Position numbers and translations under genes: made by a program
The notes under the pieces: generated by a model
What the model was told of the DNA's origin: nothing
Database searches by the model: none
What the model saw: the letters and a program-made list of their open reading frames with translations, nothing else
Origin: Octopus sinensis
Taxonomy: Eukaryota
NCBI RefSeq assembly: GCF_006345805.1
Contig: NC_043014.1
Location: 19,158,001-19,222,000 of the forward strand
Reading direction: 5' to 3'
DNA: 64,000 nucleotides
Part shown: positions 41,726 through 53,264 of the stretch, in pieces
How the letters are laid out: every line of letters begins with the position of its first letter
Position numbering within the stretch: the stretch's first letter is position 1

Positions 41726-41799
<74 letters not shown>

Positions 41800-41978
41800 T
41801 CGAAAAATACATTAGGAATGAGACCGCAGGTTCGAATTTTTCCCAAGACTGCTGATGTAGGCTGGAGGGTAAATCAGCCGAAACGTTGTGTTAACAACGT
41901 ACAAGATGAGGAGAAATATCCGTCAAATGTAAATAATGCAAATAATGTACATAATTCCTCATCTCTTAAATATAGAAC
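41655..41978 (+). mobile_element. Complete tRNA-head/(AAT)n/hammerhead module, inverted relative to the PLE ORF
   Basis: A box TGGCGTAGTGG (41662-41672), GGG-CTACTAA-CCC arm, B box GTTCGGTTCC; CTGATGT-A-GGCTG...CAGCC-GAA-ACGT-T-GTGT at 41852-41891. Confidence 0.88.
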
Positions 41979-41984
41979 CGAATA

Positions 41985-44576
41985 ATCTGGTTGTTACCAA
42001 CAAACACTCTGTTTAAGCAGAAAAATGAATACAAAACCACCTGGATGCACCCAAGATCTAAGGACTGGCATCTCATAGATTATATTTTAATCAGATAGTG
42101 TGATATGAAAGATGTTTCTAGTGTTCGGGCCATGAGGGCAGCAGAGAGCTAGGCTGACCTTCGTCTAGTGCATGGAAAAATAATGCCTAAAAGTCGACAG
42201 TCTGGTCCTAAGGTACACATAACGTAAAACTTTGCAAATTTCAAATTACGAAGCAGTTTGCAAAGATTCCACGATGCTATGAAATGTATCAATCTTGACC
42301 AAAACATTATGGGAAGATTTCAAATCAAAAGTATTTCAGGCTGCAAGCTCGTCAGAGAGATATAAATATATTAATTTGTCACAGTTCGAAAACTGAGAAA
42401 GTGCCTCAAGACTGGACTGATGCCATTTTAGTCTACTTGTATAAATCGGGGCTATAGAATCTGTGTGGTAATTTTCGGGAGATTTTGCTTTTGTCTGTAG
42501 TTGGAAAAATACTAGCCCACATTCAGTTAGAACGTTTAAACACCTTCATAGTTACATATATGGTATCTGAGTCTCAATGTGATTTTTGCTCCTCCAGGGG
42601 CACAGTTGATTGTACAATTTCAGGAAAAGTGCATTGAACAGAAACTTGCCCTATGCCATTGCTTTGTTGATCTGAGCAAAGCATCTGATATTGTTAATCG
42701 AAATGCTATGTGGCTAATTCTTAGGGAAAAAGGTTGCCCAGAAAAAATTGCAAACACGATCAGGGCTTTGCATCAAGATATGAAAGTTAGAGTTAAGTTT
42801 GATGGTAGGCTTTCTGGATCTTTTGTCGTGGAAAATGAAGTAAAGGAATGAGACCTTGATGCACCCACCCTCTTTGCAATATACTTTGCTGTAGGGCGGT
42901 GAGCTGGCAATATCGCTAGCACGCTGGGCGAAATGCTTAGCGGTATTTCGTCTGCCGTTACGTTCTGAGTTCAAATTCCGCCGAGGTCGACTATGCTTTT
43001 CATCCTTTCGGGGTCGATAAATTAAGTACCAGTTACGCACTGGTGTCGATGTAATCGACTTAATCCGTTTGTCTGCCCTTGTTTGTCCCCTCTGTGTTTA
43101 GCCCCTTGTGGCTAGTAAAGAAATAGGTATTTCGTCTGCCGTTACGTTCTGTGTTCAAATTCCACCGAGGTCGACTTTGCCTTTCATCATTTCGAGGTCG
43201 ATTGAATAAGTACCAGTTACGCACTGGGGTTAATTTAATCGACTTAATCTCTTTGTCTGTCCTTTTTTGCACCCTCTATGTTTAGCACCCTATGGGCAAT
43301 AAAGAAATAAATACACTTTGCTGTTGCGCTGTCACACGCTTTTCAAAACTCCGAAGAGGGTATTTACATAAAATATCGGAGAACAGGGAATGTTTTTAAT
43401 CTGACCAGACTGAAATTCAAAACGAAAGTTTTTATTTCACTCACACTTTAGGGAACACTTATACGCGGACGATTGTGATCTAGTCAGTCATTCTGAAACA
43501 GGTCTGCTATCTCTTGTAGCTGCATTTGTCTCAGCTTGTGATTTTTGGCTTAACCATCAACTTGAAAAAAAAGAACAGTTGTAATGCATCATCTTGCACA
43601 TGGTGCTGTTTGCAACTCATCTACTTGAGGTTGTTGATTCCTTCATCTCCCTTAGAATCTCTGTACAAATTGATGGAAATCTGAACACAGAAATACATCT
43701 GCGAATTCAAAAGGCAGCACAAGCATTTGGTGGCTTGAGTCACGCGCCAACGTCATATGAATAACAACACAAAATTGGCTCTTTACAAATCGATTGTCTT
43801 ACCATCCCTGTTGTATTCTTCTGAAACATGGACATGTTATGAAAGACATTTCAAATTGTTAGAACGATTCCACTAAACATACCTTCATCGCATTTTAAAC
43901 ATTAAATGGAGCCTTTTTTTACTCCAAGCATTCCAATTAAAGCAATGATTCGGAATAACCAAATGAAATGGTGTGGCCATATTTTTCGAATAGCGGATGA
44001 ACACACGCACACAAACAACTGTTGTATGGTGAACCTGCAGAGGTGAAACGCTATCGGTGTAAGCCTAAAAAGAATTTTAAGGACGGCATAATGAGTAACT
44101 TGAAGTCACTTAGAATGGATCCAGAGGACTTAGAAACTCTTGCTTCGGATCGAGCTGGAGGGCGAACAAAAGTGTGGAGTAGAGTGAAAGCGTTTGAAGA
44201 GGCCAGGCTAACGCATGCAAGACTCAAGAGAGATTCAAAGAAGAATATTACGATCGAAAAGTTGAAACACAACGAACTTTTGTGTACACAGTTTGTGACA
44301 GACCATGCATTTCTTTTGCTGGGTTCAAATCTCATTTGCGGATCCATACCTTTCAATGCCGTGTATGCCATAAGGTCTGCAAATCTAGCGGAAGCCTCAA
44401 AAGACATTTTAAGATCCACAAAGATCAGAATTTAACTGCAGCTGTTGGTGGTCCAAATCGGATATGCAAACTATATGGGCGTCTTTCCAAAACATTGTCT
44501 GGTTTAAAAAGCCACATCAGACGCAATGGTGGATATAAGAGGTGGTCAAACTCTGCATAAGGAGTAGATAACCACC
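41985..44576 (+). mobile_element. 5'-truncated RTE-clade LINE (APE end, RT, C-terminal C2H2 fingers) with (TATG)n tail
   Basis: KTTWMHPRSKDWHLIDYIL; QEKCIEQK...FVDLSKASDIVNR; APTLFAIYF; LYADDCDL; LLYSSETWT; LLYGE; ends GGTGGT...ACCACC hairpin then (TATG)n 44577-44650. Confidence 0.93.
42893..43309 (+). mobile_element. SINE family B dimer inserted in the RTE RT, with 15 bp target-site duplication
   Basis: AATATACTTTGCTGT (42878-42892) and AATACACTTTGCTGT (43310-43324) flank it. Confidence 0.93.
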
Positions 44577-45319
44577 ATGTATATATGTATGCATGTATGT
44601 ATGTATGTATGTATGTATGTATGTATGTATGTATGTATGTATGTATGTATGCAAGACAGGTTATTTTCGAGCTACTAGTAACATGATATCCAGTACAACC
44701 TGCTGCATGATCACGTCTTCGATGACTAAACTGGCGACTCCACTAAGTTTGCTTGGTGATGAGATTGAGTGCACACCCTGCAGGATGAAAACAAATCCTC
44801 TCAAAGGACGGATGAACCCTTTAACGTCAGCAGCAATCCATTACTGTATATACAAGCTTAGTCGAGATTGAGAAAGCAACCAACGCCTATGCCTGTATGT
44901 ATGTGAATATATACAATTCTGCATAGTTAGCTAAACTTATAACGTACATTTCTACTCGGCAGTCATTTACCTAAACCACGTGACAGAGACATAGTGAAAG
45001 TATCCTTTGATGACTAAGCTAAATGGAGTGACAAATCACTGGGAGAATATTTACTGAGAAATTTATGGGTAGTAATGTATGTGGTAAACAATTCTCTACT
45101 AATTGAGAGTATCTATTATACTATCGGTTGCATTTTAATACACAATGTGGAATATTCTGCGGTATATTTTGCACTCTGACCTCAAATATACTGCATTATT
45201 ATAAAAAATATTCTGTAATATATTCTATAATACGTGAGTAGATACACAGGATATTTGAAAGCTTTTAACTTCAGTTTGTTATGAACAAAAAAAAATATCG
45301 CTTCACACACATACACACA

Positions 45320-45368
<49 letters not shown>

Positions 45369-46207
45369 CAGTGAAAAGCCGTAACAGATTTGAATATCTC
45401 TGAATCATTTGAATTGATCTCAAATTTCTATGCGCCCCTAACCATCCACTCACCGATCTGCTTTGCGCAACTTCTCACGTAATTTTTCCGACTTCACAGC
45501 TTATGCGCTTAATTTTCAGGTAGTATTGTTTTATGATAGGCAGATTTGCATCGTATTTAGCTCAGAGTTGTCTCCCTTAATATTAGCTGTATCCATCAGC
45601 CTGATAGATGGTTCTCTGAGCTGATTATAGTGTCCTTACACCTGTTTGTCTTAACCGAGAAATTTTATCGAAAACAAACAGCAATGAAAAGCCTTTACAA
45701 ATTCAAATATCTCCCTAACATATTTGAACTGATCTTAAAGTCATTTATTCTTTAATATATATTCTGTAATATATTTTGCACTGTACAATATAGTCCACTA
45801 TGTGTTTGCACTGAATTATACTGTTTAAAAAAACAAAACAAAATTAAACTACGCAATATGTAATGCATTATACCAGCGAGTTTCAAAAGTTACATATTGC
45901 TCACATAGGTGAGCTGCGTACTTCGAAAAATGAAAGACAAAGCTTTGAAAATCCAACTTAATGCTTCAGTGACTGAAAAATCGTTCTATTCATAAAATAG
46001 TTGAACGCAAATATGACAATTAATAGAAACAAAAATGAATACAATCGTTTTATCTACGATTTCAAAACATAGTTACTTTTTGAATATTTAATGCACCAAT
46101 GGTTTTTTTATTTGATTTCTAATGCGCTATGATCTGAAAAAAGATTGCTTTACCATCGTTATATACTATATTCTATACGATTCACAATACGATATTACAC
46201 AACATAA

Positions 46208-47604
46208 TCTATATATAAAGATGAGAATGTGTGTTTGTGTGTGTGTGTGTGCGAATCCCTAAAACTCAAGAACTATACAACCGATTTCATTCAAATTTTA
46301 CATATGCCTTACTAAGGGTCATGGCCCCCAACTCTTCAGCTTCTTGCCTATTGCAAGCCCAGAGCAATCTGTTATCTCTTCCACTATTTCAGTATTACGT
46401 GGCAAAAGTGAAACAAAACCATCTCTCTATTATGTTAGATACATTCACTTTAACAGTTTGACTATTAATACTGAAACTATTATCTATGCAAATATACATA
46501 TGTATAGATATATACATAGATACATAGATACATTTGTATATATATTTATTTTTTAAAATTTTTATCTAGTTTCAGCTCACAAACTGTGGTCATGCTGTGG
46601 CACCGCCATATATATATATGTATACATACATACACACACACATACATACATACATACATACATACATACATACATACATACATACATACATACATACATA
46701 CATACATACATACATACATACATACATACATACATACATACATGCATAAACACACATATATATGATAGATCGCTAGCCACTAAACCTTTTTCTATTGTCT
46801 CTCCCTGTTTATTTCTGGATCAGAGATAGTCCCTAGATGGTAACATTGATTTCAAGGCCTTCCCAGACAAGTGATTGGTCATTCAAAGAGATTTATAGAT
46901 TGCAAATTTATTCTGTCGAGTTACCTATCGGCATAGTGATCATTGGCAAACTCTAGAGATGACACTTTCATTTCCCCTTAGCCCTCACGTCATACAGTTG
47001 TTAATGCTTATTTGAGTTGGGTCACGCCCTTCCAATATCTATAGATCCGTAATGCATCTTACGGCTGTGCCCGTAACCTGTATGGTGAAGAATCCTACAC
47101 TGGAGAGTGGTGACGACTATGGCAAGGTAGCTGACTATTTATTGTGATCATTCGTCTCTTGGTTTCCTGTAGCTTTGCTCTCTTTTACAAACCCAATGAA
47201 ATTCATTTATTTCCGATTTCAAAGAAATTTGAACAATAGATATAAGACCCAAGTTACAAAGAGAGTCCCAACAATTCAACTTCTCTGGTTGAATTTTAAA
47301 AAAACCTCCCACATTTTAGAGCTCCATGTGCTCCATTTTTCAGGAGCAAGAACATTTGAATAGGTTTTATATGATTTGGATTTTGGAATCTGGGCATAAA
47401 GATCAGAAGTATGGGATAAATATGTCAGGATTAGAATTTTTGTTTAGGTGTGTAAAGAGGGAAGGAACCCTCATTAAAATACTAAATCTGCAATTTTGAT
47501 GAAATTCGAACCATAGCTATTCCAGTTCATTAGAGAAAATATTTACAGAAAAGTATAATTCTTCAATTCCACGTGACACGTGCAAAGCCGGATATCTCTT
47601 CTAG
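46208..47604 (+). mobile_element. Non-autonomous Helitron
   Basis: A|TCTATATATAAAG...GAATGTGTG microsatellite at 5' end; CGTGCAAAGCCGG imperfect hairpin then CTAG|T at 3' end; removal restores colinearity with the neighbouring tandem duplicate. Confidence 0.75.
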
Positions 47605-48007
47605 TAAATTATAAAGTATGTAGCGTATTATTGTGTAATACGAGGGAACAGGAGACACTTTTTGTGACGGTTTGATTTGATAGATATGCCCTTCAGTTTA
47701 CATCCTGCTGTTTTGAATTGAAAGACAATACTTTACAAATTCAACTTAATGCTTCAATGATTGCAAAATCGTGCTATTCATAAAATTGTACAAAAAATTT
47801 GACTAATAATAGAAAATCGTTTTAACTACGGAAACGTTTTAACTACGTCTTCAAAACCTGGTTACTTTTTAAATATAGGAAATGCACCAATGGTGTTTTA
47901 CTTGATCTCCAGTGCACTATGATCTGAAAAGAATTGCTTTATCATTGAATTATACTATAGTATTCAAATATATACCATACTATTCACAATACAATACTAT
48001 ATAATAT

Positions 48008-48181
48008 TTAGGTTTCGAATTTTGGCACAAGGCATAAAATTCCTGCGAGTAAGTCGATAACCCTAAAGGATGAAAAGTAAAGTTGATCTCGGCGGAATTT
48101 GACCTCAATACCTAAAGACGGACCAAATACCATTAAGCATCTTTCCCGTCGCGCTAACGAATCTGCCAGCCCACCGCCTCG
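48008..48181 (-). mobile_element. SINE family B, degenerate monomer
   Basis: AAAGGATGAAAAGTAAAGTTGATCTCGGCGGAATTTGA...GCTAACGAATCTGCCAGCCCACCGCCT. Confidence 0.8.
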
Positions 48182-48627
48182 CTCTGTATAATATATTATA
48201 AAGTAAATAGTGCATTATTCTATAATACGAGCGAATCGGAGAACCTCTTTGTGATGGTTTGATTTGCTTGACATACCTTTCAAATTACATTCTACTGTGT
48301 TCATTTAGGAAATAATACATTCAAGAAAAACGACAGGATGTTCACAGCTGGATCTGTTCGTTCAAGTTTGATTTGAGTTTTAATGACATAAAAAAATATA
48401 ACATTATACTCTATTCTGTACTATCTATTGTATTTAACACTACTTACCCCGTCGTGTTGTTAACAAGCTATCCCTTTCTTTCGCCCTCTCGTCTCTATCC
48501 TTATTATACATTTCTCCATACTTCAGTATTTTTCCTCTGCCGCTTCACCATCCTCTTTCGTCGAATTTTCCCCTCATTTTCCTGGCTGCATCTATAATTA
48601 GAACCCATCTCTATTCTAATTGTGTAT

Positions 48628-48825
48628 TCTTGAGATGAGGAAATTTTATATTAAGTATTAGTCAAAGTGGTGTCCTCAACTTGATTGCTGCTTTCAATAC
48701 GTTTTAATACGCTCCAGCCTTCTTCAAGTGTTTTGTGATTCAGCTCAGTGCTTTTCCTGGGATTGAACTCAAAACCCGTAGGTGACTGCACTACATTAAC
48801 AAGCGCCTTTATCCACTACGCTAAT
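48628..48825 (-). mobile_element. Old, degenerate copy of the tRNA-head/hammerhead module
   Basis: GAGATGAGGAA...GTCCTCA.CTTG...CTCCAGCCTTCTTCA.GTGT...GATTGAACTC...CCACTACGC in the same order as 57286-57578. Confidence 0.6.
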
Positions 48826-49866
48826 TCAATATCTGTCCCACACTTTTTTCTCCTCGATCCTACTTTTCTCCTCAATGTTCCTCCAACACCAGCCCGCTAT
48901 CTCAAACCTGGTCCCTACTTCAGCCATTACCTCTGCGTGTAGTTCTCCATAGCCTCAACCGTATTTGATTTATAAACATATGTTTAGCAACATACCTACC
49001 AACAGCACCTCCCTTTACAATACTACCCATCTCACGCCTTCTTCCTTCTCTCTTTACTCATCACTTCTAATTCCATTCAATCCATCCCTTAGTCACTCAC
49101 CTACTACTATCTCTTGCTGCCCTTCCTCTGCTTCAATACTTCCTTCCTCTGCTTCAATACTTCCACCTGCATCGTCCTTCTACTGGCTTTTTTTCACCAT
49201 CCTCTTCTCCCATTCTACCCTTAAATTTTCTCGCGCCATAATAAGTTAGGATTTTACTTTTCATTAATATTGTTAAATTTTATTAGATTATTTATTATTA
49301 AGATACATATATTTCTATATTTATTGTTTAATTATTATATATTCATTTCACTTTTAATATTATCGATTTTAATAATATCGATAGTCACGAAACGCGCGTA
49401 GTCAGTTTAATGTTTATTTAATTTAGTAATTTTTAGAATAATATTTATTATAATATATTTAAATTCTTTCTATATGATTTATTATAGTTAATATCTTTCA
49501 CTATTAATTGAATTACTTAGAGGTCTTTGTGTCTTAATTATGTATATATATTGATATATATATGTATAAATATATATATATATTGATATATATATATATA
49601 TATATTGATATATATATATATATTTATATATAGAGGGCATTATACATACATGCCAGAAGGCATTATACATACATGCCACACGCTAAGAGGGACAATTAGT
49701 CATTTCTACCAAAAATATTACTAATCCCACCGAATGCAATTTTTCAAAGTAAGACATTTAAAAAATATAGACCTGTATCACAGTGATTTCATACTTACGT
49801 ATTCATCAGCAGGCCTGAATGTATTATAAATAAACATATATTATATGTATAAATATATATATTGAT

Positions 49867-49900
<34 letters not shown>

Positions 49901-49917
49901 GTGTGTGTATATATATA

Positions 49918-49974
<57 letters not shown>

Positions 49975-50015
49975 TATATATGTATGTATATATATGTGTA
50001 TATATATGTATATAT

Positions 50016-50640
50016 ACAACTTATAAATAAGGGCAAACGAAAAAATTTCTAATGCTAAATATGCCGAAATTGGACATATTGTCCATAACCAAATAATTTT
50101 TCACAATACGCACGCTACTCGAAAAAAGGTCGACAGAAATTTTCTAAAAAATGCCATTATTACCATATCGGACCGATTTCAGGGTTAGTTCGTTACAACC
50201 ATCCCTTCGTCAGTGATAAATGTGGCAAAAGAAATAAATAAGATACTTACTCATACCCATGGAAGAAGCAAAACACTAAGTCATGAGCACAATTCTGTAC
50301 CCCAAATATATCCAAAATAGAAATAGTCCAGCCCATTCAAGACACGTGCGATTTGAACTGAGGGTCTCACAGAGAGAGAGTCCGGAAGTGAACTAACCCT
50401 GAAATCGGCCCGATAATGCAATTTTTTAGAAATTTCTGTCGACCTTTTTTCGACTAGCGTGCGTATTGTGAAAAATTATTTGGTTATGGACAATATGTCC
50501 AATTTCGGCAAATTTTGCATTTGAAATTTTTTCGTTTGCCCTTATTTATAAGTTGTTTATAATTTTAACCTTTAAAGGTATTTTTTAATAAAAAATTTTT
50601 TCGAAAAAAATAAATTATCCGACATTAAATATAAATTTTA
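50016..50640 (-). mobile_element. Non-coding PLE-like unit (minus, 50390 to 50016) with inverted partial copy (plus, 50390-50640), in (TA)n
   Basis: 50016-50191 and 50390-50556 are inverted repeats; the minus unit aligns to 27923-28280. Confidence 0.85.
50160..50219 (-). ncRNA. Intact type-I hammerhead ribozyme
   Basis: Minus strand TTATCA-CTGACGA-AGGG...CCCT-GAA-ATCGG-T-CCGAT-A-TGGTAA; 6 bp stem I with one G-U; AUA site. Confidence 0.87.
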
Positions 50641-50647
50641 TATATAT

Positions 50648-50723
<76 letters not shown>

Positions 50724-51125
50724 TGGACAACTCTCAGATACCCTCTTCTAACCCCAATTATGAAACACTTCTCCAGAGCTCTTCAACCCCCATAATGTCA
50801 GGGTAAGCTACTCTTTCTTAGACAACATCGCAACTAACATTGCACGCGTGTGTGCTGCAGCACGGAATTTTGTTAGTGAACAGGTTGCGGACTAAAAGCG
50901 ATGAAAATATTTTGGCAAATTAAATTTATATCTTGAAATTAATCTAACGGTTTTTGTGTGATTTTAAATGGCTTATAAACACCTTCCTAGCTGCAATTGT
51001 TTTTGTTTCAGCACACAATCTCAGATCAGGTCACTTGCTATGCAAGTACCTCTCTAATATACATATACATACATACACATGGTGACGAGATATATATATA
51101 TATATATATGCATATGTATATGTGT

Positions 51126-51172
<47 letters not shown>

Positions 51173-51190
51173 CATACATATAAGCATATG

Positions 51191-51277
<87 letters not shown>

Positions 51278-53216
51278 TATATATATATGCATATATATAT
51301 GCATATATGGGTATAGGGCGTCATCAATTGTGCAGGCAACATGAAATACGTAAAAGCAGGTCAAGTAAACACACGGAAAGGACCTTCATCAGTTGTCAGC
51401 CGTCTATCTACTCCTCATTTCGGTCTTTCAACGACAATATGATTTTTCAAAGATAGTTGCTCCCATAAATTCTAAAATGAAATTTAGGATTTATGGCGGG
51501 TCAAAGTTGGGAACAAAAATATGATGGCGGAGACATACAAGGAAATTGAACGAAAACAAACAAGGTTGGGCGCTATCCAGAACGTGAGAAAATAGTGAGC
51601 GCTGGGAGAAATATTTTCTTTGAAAAGAGATAAGATAGAAGAGAGAGAAATAAAACGTCCAGTCTTTGAACGTCCGTGCAAGAAAAAAAAGATGGTATAC
51701 AGATATAATTGTGAAAGATGTGTAGAGGAAAAGAACGTTTGAAAAGCCCGCTGGAGGAGAAGCATCACCGTCTTTTATATTTTACTAAAATTCAAATCAA
51801 TGACATTTAGAATTGATTCTTATTGCTGCTGCTACGCTTTAAGACACAATTTCAGTGGCAGGACCAATATGAAACTTTGTTATAAACGCAAGATAGATAA
51901 GGAGAGAATAAAAGCTCTCTGGTGATGTTTTTTATAAACGCTGAGTCATGTGTGTGCGCGTGTGTGAGTATGTGTCCGTGCGAGCGTATTTGATATAAAT
52001 AAATACACACAAACACAGACATTGATACTATATAAATACAGGCACAGAGAGACACGTCACATGTGTGCGTATATCTTTGATGTGCATGTGATCGCATATA
52101 TAGTCTGTGTCTTTTTTTTTCTCTTACTGTTGTCTCTGCTGATTATCTTTCTTGCGTGACTTTTTGTTCTTTGTTTATATCGATCATGAAGCACACTTTA
52201 CTATTGATTTCCTATGTCTTTCAAATACCAACAGAAAAGACAGCATAACTGATTGGTCATGATGTGAGTGACAGTGGGGGGGTGGGTGACGGCGGTTGCT
52301 GAGGAAGATACGATGTGGCTGGGGGTAGGATGAACTAATAATGATGTAGGTGCTGTTGTTGAGGACGATGATAATATTGATTAATATTGATATTGATGAT
52401 GGTGGAGATGTTGAAGGCAGAGAAGATGGCAGATTCCTGTTATAGTGGTGATGACGGTGATGTTGGTGATGGTGGCAGTAGTAATAATAGTAGTGATTGT
52501 GGTTGTGGTGGTGGTGGTGATAGTGGTCGTCTTCATAAAGATAGTATTAACATTGGTTATGGCGATAATGATGATGTAGTACATAGTGATTATAAGTGGT
52601 GAAAAAGTGTCACAGATCTAGTGAGGATGAGAGCTGAGAGCTACCGATTAGATTTCCCGAATGCACAAATTTGGATGTCATGGGCAAACAGTTTCAGGTC
52701 ATTAGAATCGCTTCTAGACAGAATGGTTTGTCGGTCGGCGGACAAGAATAGCATAGGGAGTTCACAATTCAAATTGGTGGGATACACAGACTAGAAAATT
52801 TTAATTTACACGGTCGGAGGGCCTCTTCCTGGAAAATGAATGCCTTTTCCCTTGAGTATAATGTCCTGTCAACCCTTTACTGTAAATTTGTTGAAAGGTT
52901 GGTGACCCTGGCGAGAATGAACCAAGTTCATGGGGCTATCCTAAGTTGATGTCTCAATAATGCAGAGAACTAATGCAAAAGAGACACCTCTTGGTAGTCA
53001 GGCTGATCCAGGGGCTGTGGGTTCCTTGATTGCTCCCGACGGTACACACCCAGCATTTTTAATAACTTTCTGGTTATTATTGTCTTTATTGCTTGCACTC
53101 GTTTATGTAAATGTCCACACTCGTTTGTCTTGGTATTGGCCTTTGATTTTGCACCCCTTTTGGGAAATAACAAAATTATCATCATCATCATCATTATTAT
53201 ATTATTATTATTATTA

Positions 53217-53260
<44 letters not shown>

Positions 53261-53264
53261 TCAT

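Noticed and set aside
41655-41728. Functional tRNA with ACT anticodon
   Set aside because: Acceptor stem does not pair, it runs into (AAT)n and a repeat body, and it is multicopy; treated as a SINE-type head. The same applies to the heads at 24330-24400 and 54900-54972.
44282-44560. Host C2H2 zinc-finger gene exon
   Set aside because: Colinear with, and inside, the RTE element before its 3' tail; no splice context.
49370-49405. GAAACGCGCGT palindrome resembling a hammerhead 3' half
   Set aside because: No CUGANGA upstream.
51375-51430. Permuted (type II) hammerhead on minus strand: GACC-GAAA...CTGATGA-A-GGTC
   Set aside because: Core words and a possible stem II are present, but I cannot form stems I and III or a valid cleavage site.
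52600-53170. 5' end of an R4-like element or HDV-like ribozyme
   Set aside because: More complex than its flanks, but I could not build an HDV double pseudoknot or find a diagnostic protein motif.
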